Positions 18,746 through 26,632 are shown, numbered from the whole stretch's first letter. The stretch is DNA of 59,985 nucleotides, filler included, from 9 parts of 9 records of this genome joined end to end with filler, not necessarily neighbours in it; one strand, 5' to 3'. Numbers and translations are program-made. Notes: generated by a model not told the origin, from the sequence alone.

Positions 18746-19966
18746 ATGCCTCTTGTTGTTCATGAAGAAAAATGTAAGGGATGTAAACTCTGCGTGGAGG
18801 CCTGTCCATATGCGGCCATCAGCATGGGGAAGAAGAAAGCGGTTATCGGTGCGGGATGTACCCATTGCGGATCGTGTATCGATTCCTGTGAGTTCGGCGC
18901 CATCGGTTTTGAAGGTTCCCGGGAGAGGATCCGCATGGATGTTGCGCCTTTTGATGGGATATATGTCTTCATCGAGCAGAACAAAAAGACCATAACAGCG
19001 GTGTCCCTTGAACTGCTGGGAAAAGCAAGGGGGCTCGCCAATGAGTTTTCAAAACAGGGTAAAAACCAGCTCGTAACGGCCATACTGATCGGCCATGATT
19101 TGGGCCATATGGCCGATGAATTGATTTATCACGGCGCTGATCATGTCATCACTGCAAAAGATGAACCTTTTCGGGTGTATCAAACGGATATTTACACCAA
19201 GGCCATGGTTCAAATTGCACGGGAGAAAAAGCCTGAAATTCTCCTGTTCGGCGCCACACCACAGGGAAGGGATCTCGCCCCCCGCGTGGCCAACCGGCTG
19301 AAGACGGGATTGACGGCCGACTGTACCGGCTTGGAAATATGCACGAAGGAGGGTATCCTGCTGCAGACCCGGCCGGCCTTCGGCGGCAATATCATGGCCA
19401 CCATCGTCTGCCCCGACAACCGTCCCCAAATGGCCACGGTCAGGCCGGGTGTCATGAAAAAGCTCCCTCGCGATCCCCGAAGAAACGGTACCCGGGAAGC
19501 CATAAAAATCGACTTGGATGAAAAGGATTTCATCACCCGCGTTTTGGAGATCGTTGAATCGACCCGGAAAAGCGTGAAGCTGGAAGATGCCGGGATCATT
19601 GTGGCCGGAGGTCACGGGGTGGACAGTTTGGATGGTTTTAAGGTCTTAAAGAGTCTTGCCGCGGAACTGGGGGCTGAAGTGGGTGCTTCAAGGGCCGCCG
19701 TGGACGCGGGCTGGATCGGGCAGGATCACCAGATCGGCCAGACGGGAAAGACGGTGCGGCCGGATCTATATATCGCCTGCGGCATTTCCGGCGCCATTCA
19801 ACATCTGGCGGGGATGTCCCAAGCCAAAACCGTTATTTCCATCAATACCGACCGGAAGGCGCCCATTGTGGCCGCCTCCGACGTGACCTTTATCGGCGAC
19901 ATGTTCCAGGTTGTTCCCTCGCTGATTGACAAGGTTCGGGAATACAAGAAGATGAATCGGGAGTAA
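18746..19966 (+). CDS. etfA: Electron transfer flavoprotein alpha subunit with N-terminal 2[4Fe-4S] ferredoxin
   Basis: CKGCKLCVEACP and CTHCGSCIDSC; GLTADCT, RPAFGGN, QIGQTGKTV, GISGAIQH. Confidence 0.95.
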   Translation: MPLVVHEEKCKGCKLCVEACPYAAISMGKKKAVIGAGCTHCGSCIDSCEFGAIGFEGSRERIRMDVAPFDGIYVFIEQNKKTITAVSLELLGKARGLANEFSKQGKNQLVTAILIGHDLGHMADELIYHGADHVITAKDEPFRVYQTDIYTKAMVQIAREKKPEILLFGATPQGRDLAPRVANRLKTGLTADCTGLEICTKEGILLQTRPAFGGNIMATIVCPDNRPQMATVRPGVMKKLPRDPRRNGTREAIKIDLDEKDFITRVLEIVESTRKSVKLEDAGIIVAGGHGVDSLDGFKVLKSLAAELGAEVGASRAAVDAGWIGQDHQIGQTGKTVRPDLYIACGISGAIQHLAGMSQAKTVISINTDRKAPIVAASDVTFIGDMFQVVPSLIDKVREYKKMNRE

Positions 19967-20403
19967 TGAAACGGGTTATGCCTACCTGCCGGTCTCAAAG
20001 CCCTGATGAATGGCTTCCGGCTGGTCGGTGATAAAGGCAATGGGAAGAGCAGGAAAAAGGGGATGGGCGCATACTGGGTGGCGGCGCGTTTGTATCCGAA
20101 ATCATCAACCAGGCGGAAGAAAGGATCAAACATCAGGTTCCGTCAACGGATGTTGGTAACTTGATGAAAAAAAGGAAATAGCGCGATGCTGCAGACATGA
20201 AGGGGTGACGGTCCCGTTGCTTCAATCCGGCAGCCGCAGGCCCCCTTGCCGAAATTAAGAAGAATTCTGGCGCAAAACTCGTTAATGGGTATGGCGTGTC
20301 ATTNNNNNNNNNNNNNNNNNNNNNNNNNNNNNNNNNNNNNNNNNNNNTTAATTAATTAANNNNNNNNNNNNNNNNNNNNNNNNNNNNNNNNNNNNNNNNN
20401 NNN

Positions 20404-20729
20404 ATAATGCCGTAAGCATGAGTCCTGGAAATCTGGATCTCATCTTTCAGATACTTACTGAAGGAATCAGTACGAGAATAAAATCCTTGCCAATTCTGGT
20501 ATAGGAAGAACAAATCAAGCATTGCACCGGTAGAAGCACGGTCGATATCAGACAGGCGCCTCTTCACCCGTTTGCAAATGGAGTCAAAGGCGATGGGTTT
20601 CCCATCTTCAAGACTGAAATAGTCCTTATACATCTTGCTCTTTGCAGATTCTGTATTAGGAATTTTTTCCACATTCACACTTTTCTTCTGCACAGCTTTC
20701 AATGCTGCCGCTTTTAAATCTTTAGCCAT
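20404..20729 (-). CDS. ParA partner protein, 3'-truncated, resembling Borrelia PF49 / chlamydial pGP6-D partition proteins
   Basis: Overlaps the parA stop; SFSKYLKDEIQISRTHAY helix-turn-helix-like motif; no ParB GxxR CTPase motif in the visible part. Confidence 0.5.
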
Positions 20730-21495
20730 CATCTTCCACCTTGAGCAATTCACCTATTACACATTGATATTCAAGATATGCTCTCATATCCTCTGTTAGC
20801 CGACTCATTGGATTACTATAAGTTTTACTCACTTCAACAGACCGATGGATAACTGTGTCACTGAGATAATCGGTGTAGCCTTGTTGCATCGCAAAAAGGA
20901 AGGCTTCAGAAAGCTGCCGTCGTTCTTCAAAGAATGTAGGAAGGATTAAAATCCTCTCAATGTCATGATTAATATACTTCTGAGCTTTCCTAACCTTCTC
21001 AATTGACTCAAATGAGATGTCTAAAGATTCTACAGGCCAGGATTCCATCAGAGTTGGTATGAGGATGTATTCAGACGCTACCATCGCTGAACGAGTCATC
21101 AAACCCGTGTTTGGCTGAGTATCAAAAACAATGTATTCGTATTGTTCCTGGATTGGCTCAATCAAATCATTGAGGATGAAAAGTGGATTGTTTTCATCGG
21201 CCAACTCCTTTTCAATGGATTGCAAACGAAGCTGTGACTGAATAAAATCGAAATTCTCAAAAGGGGTGCGGATAGCTTCTTTGATATCAATAGAACCTAA
21301 AAGCACCTGTCTGATTGTGTCTTCCCAATCGAGTGTTGGTTCTTCAGGTGTCAGGTGTTTAGTGGCTGCAGCCTGAGGATCAAGATCGATAAGAAGAACT
21401 TTATTCCCCTGCTCTGCCAATATTGAAGAAATTGAAAGAGCAGATGTTGTCTTAGCAACCCCACCCTTTGCGGAGTGAATTGTGATTGTTTTCAT
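20722..21495 (-). CDS. parA: ParA/Soj family partition ATPase
   Basis: KGGVAKTT, IDLDPQ, FDTQP; GGAGG RBS. Confidence 0.93.
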   Translation of the reverse strand: MKTITIHSAKGGVAKTTSALSISSILAEQGNKVLLIDLDPQAAATKHLTPEEPTLDWEDTIRQVLLGSIDIKEAIRTPFENFDFIQSQLRLQSIEKELADENNPLFILNDLIEPIQEQYEYIVFDTQPNTGLMTRSAMVASEYILIPTLMESWPVESLDISFESIEKVRKAQKYINHDIERILILPTFFEERRQLSEAFLFAMQQGYTDYLSDTVIHRSVEVSKTYSNPMSRLTEDMRAYLEYQCVIGELLKVEDDG

Positions 21496-21595
21496 ACTTG
21501 GATTACCTCCATGTATGAAATTCTACTGTGTTAAAAATTCTATGGGAGCCCTAAAGAGTTCTGTATTTGACAATTCTAAAAGCATAGTTCTATGC

Positions 21596-21838
21596 ATGAA
21601 GAAAACATTTAAAGAATACATAGATGAGAAAATGGGAGATGAGCTTATGCAAACCTTCTCTCTCGAAGAATTGCAGAAAGAGTGGGAGATTACACTCTCT
21701 GACCTCTTCTTCTGCCTCTCCAGCCTAAATAAATATCACCTCAAGAAACATCCAGACTTCGACTGGCATATCGTCCTCGTGAATAAAGTCAAAGCGATGG
21801 TTATTAAAGAGAGGGAGAAAGATAAGAAGTCCCGATGA
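21596..21838 (+). CDS. Small hypothetical protein
   Basis: Open frame downstream of TTGACA (21567); start uncertain. Confidence 0.45.
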   Translation: MKKTFKEYIDEKMGDELMQTFSLEELQKEWEITLSDLFFCLSSLNKYHLKKHPDFDWHIVLVNKVKAMVIKEREKDKKSR

Positions 21839-21908
21839 TAGGACAGATTTATTTTGAAAATATTCAAGGAAACTGCAACCTTTCTGCATATTTAATAAAG
21901 ATAAAGGT

Positions 21909-22020
21909 GAGTTTCAAGATGAGAGATGAAGTTTTCTGATCTTGGAACTCCGTCCTGCCCTTGCTGAAACTTCAATTTTCATACCGGCAAGGGTGGGCTT
22001 TTATTTCAAAAAACGGAGTT
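21909..22020 (+). promoter_or_regulatory. Structured leader / putative attenuator of the rep gene
   Basis: Hairpin 21909-21950; terminator-like hairpin 21952-21998 plus TTTTATTT; AACTCCGT (21946-21953) is complementary to the RBS ACGGAGTT (22013-22020). Confidence 0.5.
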
Positions 22021-22024
22021 AAAT

Positions 22025-23242
22025 ATGTATGACTATTTCCAACAGATAAAATCAATCAACAAGATTTATAAGCCGAATACGGCAACCTTCCTCATGCTTC
22101 TTATTGATAAACACAAATATTGGGCCTCACAACCTGAAAGATTCTACTCTCTCACAAATCGCAGATTTACTGGTCACTTCTATGTATCAAGGCCAACTAT
22201 TGAAAAAGATATTTGTATGAAGAGAGACGCTCAGAAAACAGCTGAGAAGGAATTAGAAGCGGATGGGATTATTACTATCACCCCAGTCCCAGGAAAAGCT
22301 GCATGGTACAAGATAAACCAGCAGGCCTTCATTGATAGAATTGAAGACTTTCATATAAATGAAGACTGTAACCCAGAAAAAGAGTTCGGCTATCCTTTTG
22401 ATGAGACAGAAGAATATGAAGAATGGGTGGGACCTGAAGACTGCAAAGTAACAGCTGGGTCAATGAACAAACAGGGGTGCTCCTATGAAGAAAACCAAGC
22501 CACTACCCCCCATATAAATGACGGGGATGCCCCTGAAGTTTCTGCACCAAATAAGAATGGATCACTAAACCTAAAGAATAAGAATAAAGTAAGTAACGAA
22601 ACTTACTTTTTTGAAGCAACTGAAGCAGTTGATGAAGAATTAGACTGCATTAAAAATACACAAGATTCGTGCATTAAAGAAAACTCTAGCACCAATGCCC
22701 CGCCGCGCTCCGCGCAAAATGGCACTGATTTTGATGATGCTGTCCGAATAATTGAAAAATATAATGAGGCAATGGAGGTCAACTTCAAAATAGGTGAGGC
22801 TGAATTAAACAATGTTGCAGAGCATCTGGATGAATTGAAGTCAATAGAGCAGTGTCTTAATCCTAGAATCCTTGAGAAAGTGTGGTCTCAGTATAGTGAC
22901 GATTACATCAAGAATAATATTCCCAATAAACGGATATCAGCGTTCATCAAGACAAAGCTGCTTGATAAGCTACTTCAACATAAATCAAGATTGATTGCGG
23001 AAGTAAATATCGAGATTGACCAAAAATTAGATTATATATTCAGAAAATATAGCCAACAGATTTCTGACAAGGTAAACTCCCTTGGATATTCAATAAAGTA
23101 TGGTTCACTTGAACCAATTGATAATTCAGAGAATTTTACACAGAAAAATCAGAGAGAAAAAAGACTTAACCTCTACCACAACTACATCAAGCCACTGCTC
23201 CCCAAAAAAGAAAAGCACGACATGATGATTTTGGAGGTATAA
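22025..23242 (+). CDS. Putative replication initiator with N-terminal winged HTH
   Basis: FLMLLID...FYVSRPTIEKDI.M....K.A.KELEADGII..... WYKIN pattern of phage/plasmid initiators; low-complexity central linker; next to parA. Confidence 0.6.
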   Translation: MYDYFQQIKSINKIYKPNTATFLMLLIDKHKYWASQPERFYSLTNRRFTGHFYVSRPTIEKDICMKRDAQKTAEKELEADGIITITPVPGKAAWYKINQQAFIDRIEDFHINEDCNPEKEFGYPFDETEEYEEWVGPEDCKVTAGSMNKQGCSYEENQATTPHINDGDAPEVSAPNKNGSLNLKNKNKVSNETYFFEATEAVDEELDCIKNTQDSCIKENSSTNAPPRSAQNGTDFDDAVRIIEKYNEAMEVNFKIGEAELNNVAEHLDELKSIEQCLNPRILEKVWSQYSDDYIKNNIPNKRISAFIKTKLLDKLLQHKSRLIAEVNIEIDQKLDYIFRKYSQQISDKVNSLGYSIKYGSLEPIDNSENFTQKNQREKRLNLYHNYIKPLLPKKEKHDMMILEV

Positions 23243-23243
23243 C

Positions 23244-23465
23244 ATGGATTTCCTTATAGCATCTGCTCAGCTAGTCTTCGAAGGCTCTACTGACACTCAA
23301 ATCTTTCTCATATCAGAGAGGACGAAGAAATTTCTCATTTCATTTTCTGGCTTTCTAGGTTCTACAAGCGATAATGTTGAAAATTTTCGATGTTCTGAAA
23401 TAGACACCTACACTGGAGCGAATGTCTCTCAGATTGTTAAAACTACTATGAAGAGGAGTGAGTAG
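23244..23465 (+). CDS. Hypothetical protein
   Basis: GGAGG RBS; starts immediately after the rep stop. Confidence 0.5.
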   Translation: MDFLIASAQLVFEGSTDTQIFLISERTKKFLISFSGFLGSTSDNVENFRCSEIDTYTGANVSQIVKTTMKRSE

Positions 23466-23574
23466 AATGAAACGAATGAACATCATTCATTCAGAAGATT
23501 TGAAATAACACCTCAGCTTAAGCAGTTGATGGTTGATTGGATGTTTTCAGCGGATGAGATTCTTATCCTGGATT

Positions 23575-23607
23575 AAAAAATTATGGCTCCCGAAGTGGGA
23601 GCCATAA
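23575..23607 (-). terminator. Intrinsic terminator between convergent genes
   Basis: TTATGGCTCCC-ACTTC-GGGAGCCATAA-TTTTTT on the minus strand. Confidence 0.8.
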
Positions 23608-23609
23608 AG

Positions 23610-24503
23610 CTATACAGCCTTGGGTACAACCATTGAAGCAAATCTATACTTCGGATCATTCAAAAACTGATAGGGATGATATCCCTTCTTTTCACGAACC
23701 GGGTTTTCTTTCTTTACCGATGACGGTGTATAAATCCAGCTCTTAGGAAATTGAGTTTTCCCAGTTGCAAGGTAGGCCTCGCGCTTTGCCATTTTTGCCG
23801 CTTCACAGAACATATGTTCAGTATTGCTGAAATTCATACCAGTCAGAGACATCAAAAGCTGTACCTTATTCTTCCAATTATCACGAGGCAGAAGAGCCAA
23901 CCCTTTCCTTGCCCCTGTGTTAAAAGGACACCATGAGTTGGGATCAATCTGATCGGGATAGAGAGCTGAAAGGTCTTTGGCAATCTCACTCCCAAGGAAT
24001 ATCTGTCTCTTTCCATGGGTATCTTTATAGAACCCAGCAATCAGCTCAGCAGCTTCTTCAATGGTGATGCTATTAAAGGAAGGGAAAGCACGATAAAGCT
24101 TCTCAACAACATCAAATGCAGTTGTACTAAGGAAGGAGGAAATTGATTGGCCCTTCTTCAGATAGATCTGGTATGGCATCCTTCCACCGGGTTTAATCCC
24201 TTCGTTCGTCACCTTTACATAGTCAACATACCAGTCACCAGTCATCTGGGGGAAGAAGGTCCTGAGGGAATAGAACGACCTGAAGAAGACAGTGTAGAAG
24301 ATGACGGAAAAGAGGTCCATCCCATGAACGAATGCGAACAGACTTTTTGTACCATAATCATCATTACGGTCAAGACAGGTGAATTTTGTCTCATTCAAAA
24401 CACGGTTGGAACTCCAGGGCCAGGGAAGACCTGCTTCCTTTTTAGCCTGAATTCTATTCCGTTCTTCAACAAACCACAGGAAATCACTAATTGTCTTTTT
24501 CAT
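23610..24503 (-). CDS. aGPT-Pplase1 / 5hmdU DNA kinase helical-domain family protein (DNA base hypermodification)
   Basis: FLWFVEERNRI..KKEAG.P.PWS...VL...KFTC.DR.DD.GT signature; F.G.EIA.DL, N.GA.KGL and EH.FCE.AK motifs; GGAGG RBS before MKKTIS. Confidence 0.75.
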   Translation of the reverse strand: MKKTISDFLWFVEERNRIQAKKEAGLPWPWSSNRVLNETKFTCLDRNDDYGTKSLFAFVHGMDLFSVIFYTVFFRSFYSLRTFFPQMTGDWYVDYVKVTNEGIKPGGRMPYQIYLKKGQSISSFLSTTAFDVVEKLYRAFPSFNSITIEEAAELIAGFYKDTHGKRQIFLGSEIAKDLSALYPDQIDPNSWCPFNTGARKGLALLPRDNWKNKVQLLMSLTGMNFSNTEHMFCEAAKMAKREAYLATGKTQFPKSWIYTPSSVKKENPVREKKGYHPYQFLNDPKYRFASMVVPKAV

Positions 24504-24605
24504 ATTATCCTCCAGGATATATATTGTCTTGTTATTATCAATCTGCACGCCCTGAGGCATGCAAATCCTTAGTTTTATATCTGCATCAACATCGATATAA
24601 ATGCC

Positions 24606-25166
24606 CTAGTTAAAGCAGTAGATATTCTCGTATTTCTTATTGAATGCACCCGTATACTCAAGCCTCTTGTCTAGCATATATGCCGAAATGACAAAGAGCA
24701 TGTCATCATGGGTGTTATGGGGGCCGACAATAACTCTAAGTGCGAGCTTGTCAGAGTAGTCTTCATCTACTAACCATGACCGGCCTCCAGAACTAGAAAT
24801 GGTTTCTTCAATAGTTATGTCATCAGGATAGAAGTGCATCATCTTCTCACGAAGATTATAGATTCCGTTTTCAGCACATCTCTTTTTGGCATGCGGTCCT
24901 ATATCAAACAAACCCTGACAAATTGTTTCCAGAACCTGCTTATCAGTCCTGATAAGACTGTTATCAGGCTTGGGATCAAACCGAATCATCTTCTCTTCAG
25001 GCTTGGTGTCAAAGACTGTTTTTACTTCAGCATTGGGCACTTCAACCTTTTTCAGAGGTACTTTAGCCCTGACAACTTTCTTCTTGAGTCTGAGAGCATA
25101 ACCGCATTCACCACAGAACTTAAAATCATCGCTTACCTTGCTCCCACATTCAGTACAAAACTTCAT
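24606..25166 (-). CDS. Zinc-ribbon protein with C-terminal DUF4258/RelE-like domain
   Basis: FCTECG...KFCGECG; then HAKKRC.E.GI ... LRVIV ... LFVISAY. Confidence 0.6.
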   Translation of the reverse strand: MKFCTECGSKVSDDFKFCGECGYALRLKKKVVRAKVPLKKVEVPNAEVKTVFDTKPEEKMIRFDPKPDNSLIRTDKQVLETICQGLFDIGPHAKKRCAENGIYNLREKMMHFYPDDITIEETISSSGGRSWLVDEDYSDKLALRVIVGPHNTHDDMLFVISAYMLDKRLEYTGAFNKKYENIYCFN

Positions 25167-25204
25167 ACAACAACCTCCCTGTTTATCAACTAATTCTTCT
25201 TATT

Positions 25205-25224
25205 GCCCCCCGAAGGGGGCTTTG
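25205..25224 (-). repeat. Intergenic cUUCGg hairpin, copy 1
   Basis: CAAAGCCCCCTTCGGGGGG directly after a stop codon. Confidence 0.75.
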
Positions 25225-25227
25225 CTG

Positions 25228-25611
25228 TTACAACCACTCCCACCCTTCAACAGGCAAGAGAGAAGCATAAATGCCCTTTTCTCTCTCAATTCCTTTGTCT
25301 TTGAGGAATGTATCGGGATTGGTCCGAATGACAGTGGGATTCTTACCATCCACAATAATCATGAACCCGTTCTTGTCTTTGCAGACATAATATTCTGCAT
25401 AGTCGTCTTTACGCTTAGGCTGATACCATTCCAGCACTGTAACTTTCTTGCCGGTCTTAATATTCCTCATCGTTCGATGAGCAATCCGGTCGTTCATCGG
25501 TATCAAACTTATCTCGACCGAATCAGTCTCCGACAGCTGTACAATCCCGGGGATTCCTTTCCGCGTCATAACACGAGCCATTGCTTCCATCATTCTTCTT
25601 TCATCAGTCAT
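25228..25611 (-). CDS. Hypothetical protein
   Basis: GGAGG RBS; 127 aa; bounded by the repeated hairpins. Confidence 0.7.
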   Translation of the reverse strand: MTDERRMMEAMARVMTRKGIPGIVQLSETDSVEISLIPMNDRIAHRTMRNIKTGKKVTVLEWYQPKRKDDYAEYYVCKDKNGFMIIVDGKNPTVIRTNPDTFLKDKGIEREKGIYASLLPVEGWEWL

Positions 25612-25624
25612 TATTTACCTCCAT

Positions 25625-25643
25625 CCCCCCGAAGGGGGCTTTG
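25625..25643 (-). repeat. Intergenic cUUCGg hairpin, copy 2
   Basis: Identical 19-mer CAAAGCCCCCTTCGGGGGG after a stop codon. Confidence 0.75.
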
Positions 25644-25644
25644 A

Positions 25645-26034
25645 TTACACCATCAGGTCAATGTTTTTGCACATGTCCATGAGCTCTTCGAATGTGAGTA
25701 CATCGTTATCATTGGCAACACGCTTGATATCATCCAAAGTAATGCTTTTGTTTTTTCTGTAGATGTCCATGATGATTTCATAGGGATCGTTTTTTACTCT
25801 CTCTTCCACTGTTATGCCCATATCTTCACAGAGATCTACAATTTCCTTAGTAGTCCGGGATTCATCCTGCTGTGAGAGACGTACCCGTTCAATGTCGTCC
25901 ATTGTCAGTTTGCCATTCTTGAAGTAGGTCTCAAAGATGTCAAAACAGACTTCGGGTCCAGACTCACAACCAGCAAGCAACATATCCTCGCATTGCTCTC
26001 TCAGGATGATTGTTGCCTTGTTAAAGTTTTTCAT
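25645..26034 (-). CDS. Acidic protein with two sigma70 region 1.1-like repeats (possibly 5'-truncated)
   Basis: KNGKLTMDDI...EIVDLCEDMGITVEE and KNKSITLDDI...ELMDMCKNIDLMV; frame is open to the contig edge. Confidence 0.55.
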   Translation of the reverse strand: MKNFNKATIILREQCEDMLLAGCESGPEVCFDIFETYFKNGKLTMDDIERVRLSQQDESRTTKEIVDLCEDMGITVEERVKNDPYEIIMDIYRKNKSITLDDIKRVANDNDVLTFEELMDMCKNIDLMV

Positions 26035-26153
26035 TCCGCTTGCTGCGGAGTAGNNNNNNNNNNNNNNNNNNNNNNNNNNNNNNNNNNNNNNNNNNNNTTA
26101 ATTAATTAANNNNNNNNNNNNNNNNNNNNNNNNNNNNNNNNNNNNNNNNNNNN

Positions 26154-26629
26154 AGCTGGAAGATGTGGATGAAGATTGCAGACAGGCGGCGATGGAAGTT
26201 CTATTCAGGCATGAAAAGAAAGCCGCGGAAGATTCGATCCTGCAGGAAGGGGCCTCGGACACGATTCGCCAGTTACGGGATGATGGTTTTCCCGTGGCGA
26301 TCCTCACACGCAATGCAAGACAGTGGACCAGGGTAGTACTGGAAAAACATTCAATCGAGGTAGACGCAGTTCACACGCGTGAGGATGGCGTCATCAAACC
26401 CTCACCCGAGCCGGTCCGGAAACTTTGCGAGAGGTTTGGAATACAGCCCGAGCATAGCTGGATCGTGGGAGATCACTTGTTCGATCTTCTGTCCGGGAAA
26501 CGGGCAGGGGGCAGGGCGATTCTGTTTGCAGGAAAGGATACCCCGCAACACTTCGCCGAACAGGCCGATCACGTAGTTACGTCGCTGACAGATGTGATTT
26601 CTATTATCGCTGGAATCAAAGGGAGTTGA
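26154..26629 (+). CDS. HAD-superfamily hydrolase, 5'-truncated
   Basis: ILTRN, KPSPEP, IVGDHLFDL motifs. Confidence 0.85.
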
Positions 26630-26632
26630 TCC

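Larger units (their letters stand above)
20404..26053. mobile_element. Fragment of a plasmid, prophage or phage-plasmid replicon
   Basis: AT-rich; ParA plus partner divergent from a Rep-like gene; short phage-type hypothetical genes; no housekeeping genes. Confidence 0.7.

Noticed and set aside
25205-25643. Hairpin repeats as a CRISPR array or integron attC sites
   Set aside because: Only two 19-nt copies separated by a whole gene; no RYYYAAC/GTTRRRY boxes, cas genes or integrase.
20404-26053. Whole-contig genetic code 15 (TAG=Gln)
   Set aside because: Long ORFs are intact under code 11, and one TAG directly precedes a terminator. Kept only as a low-interest note.
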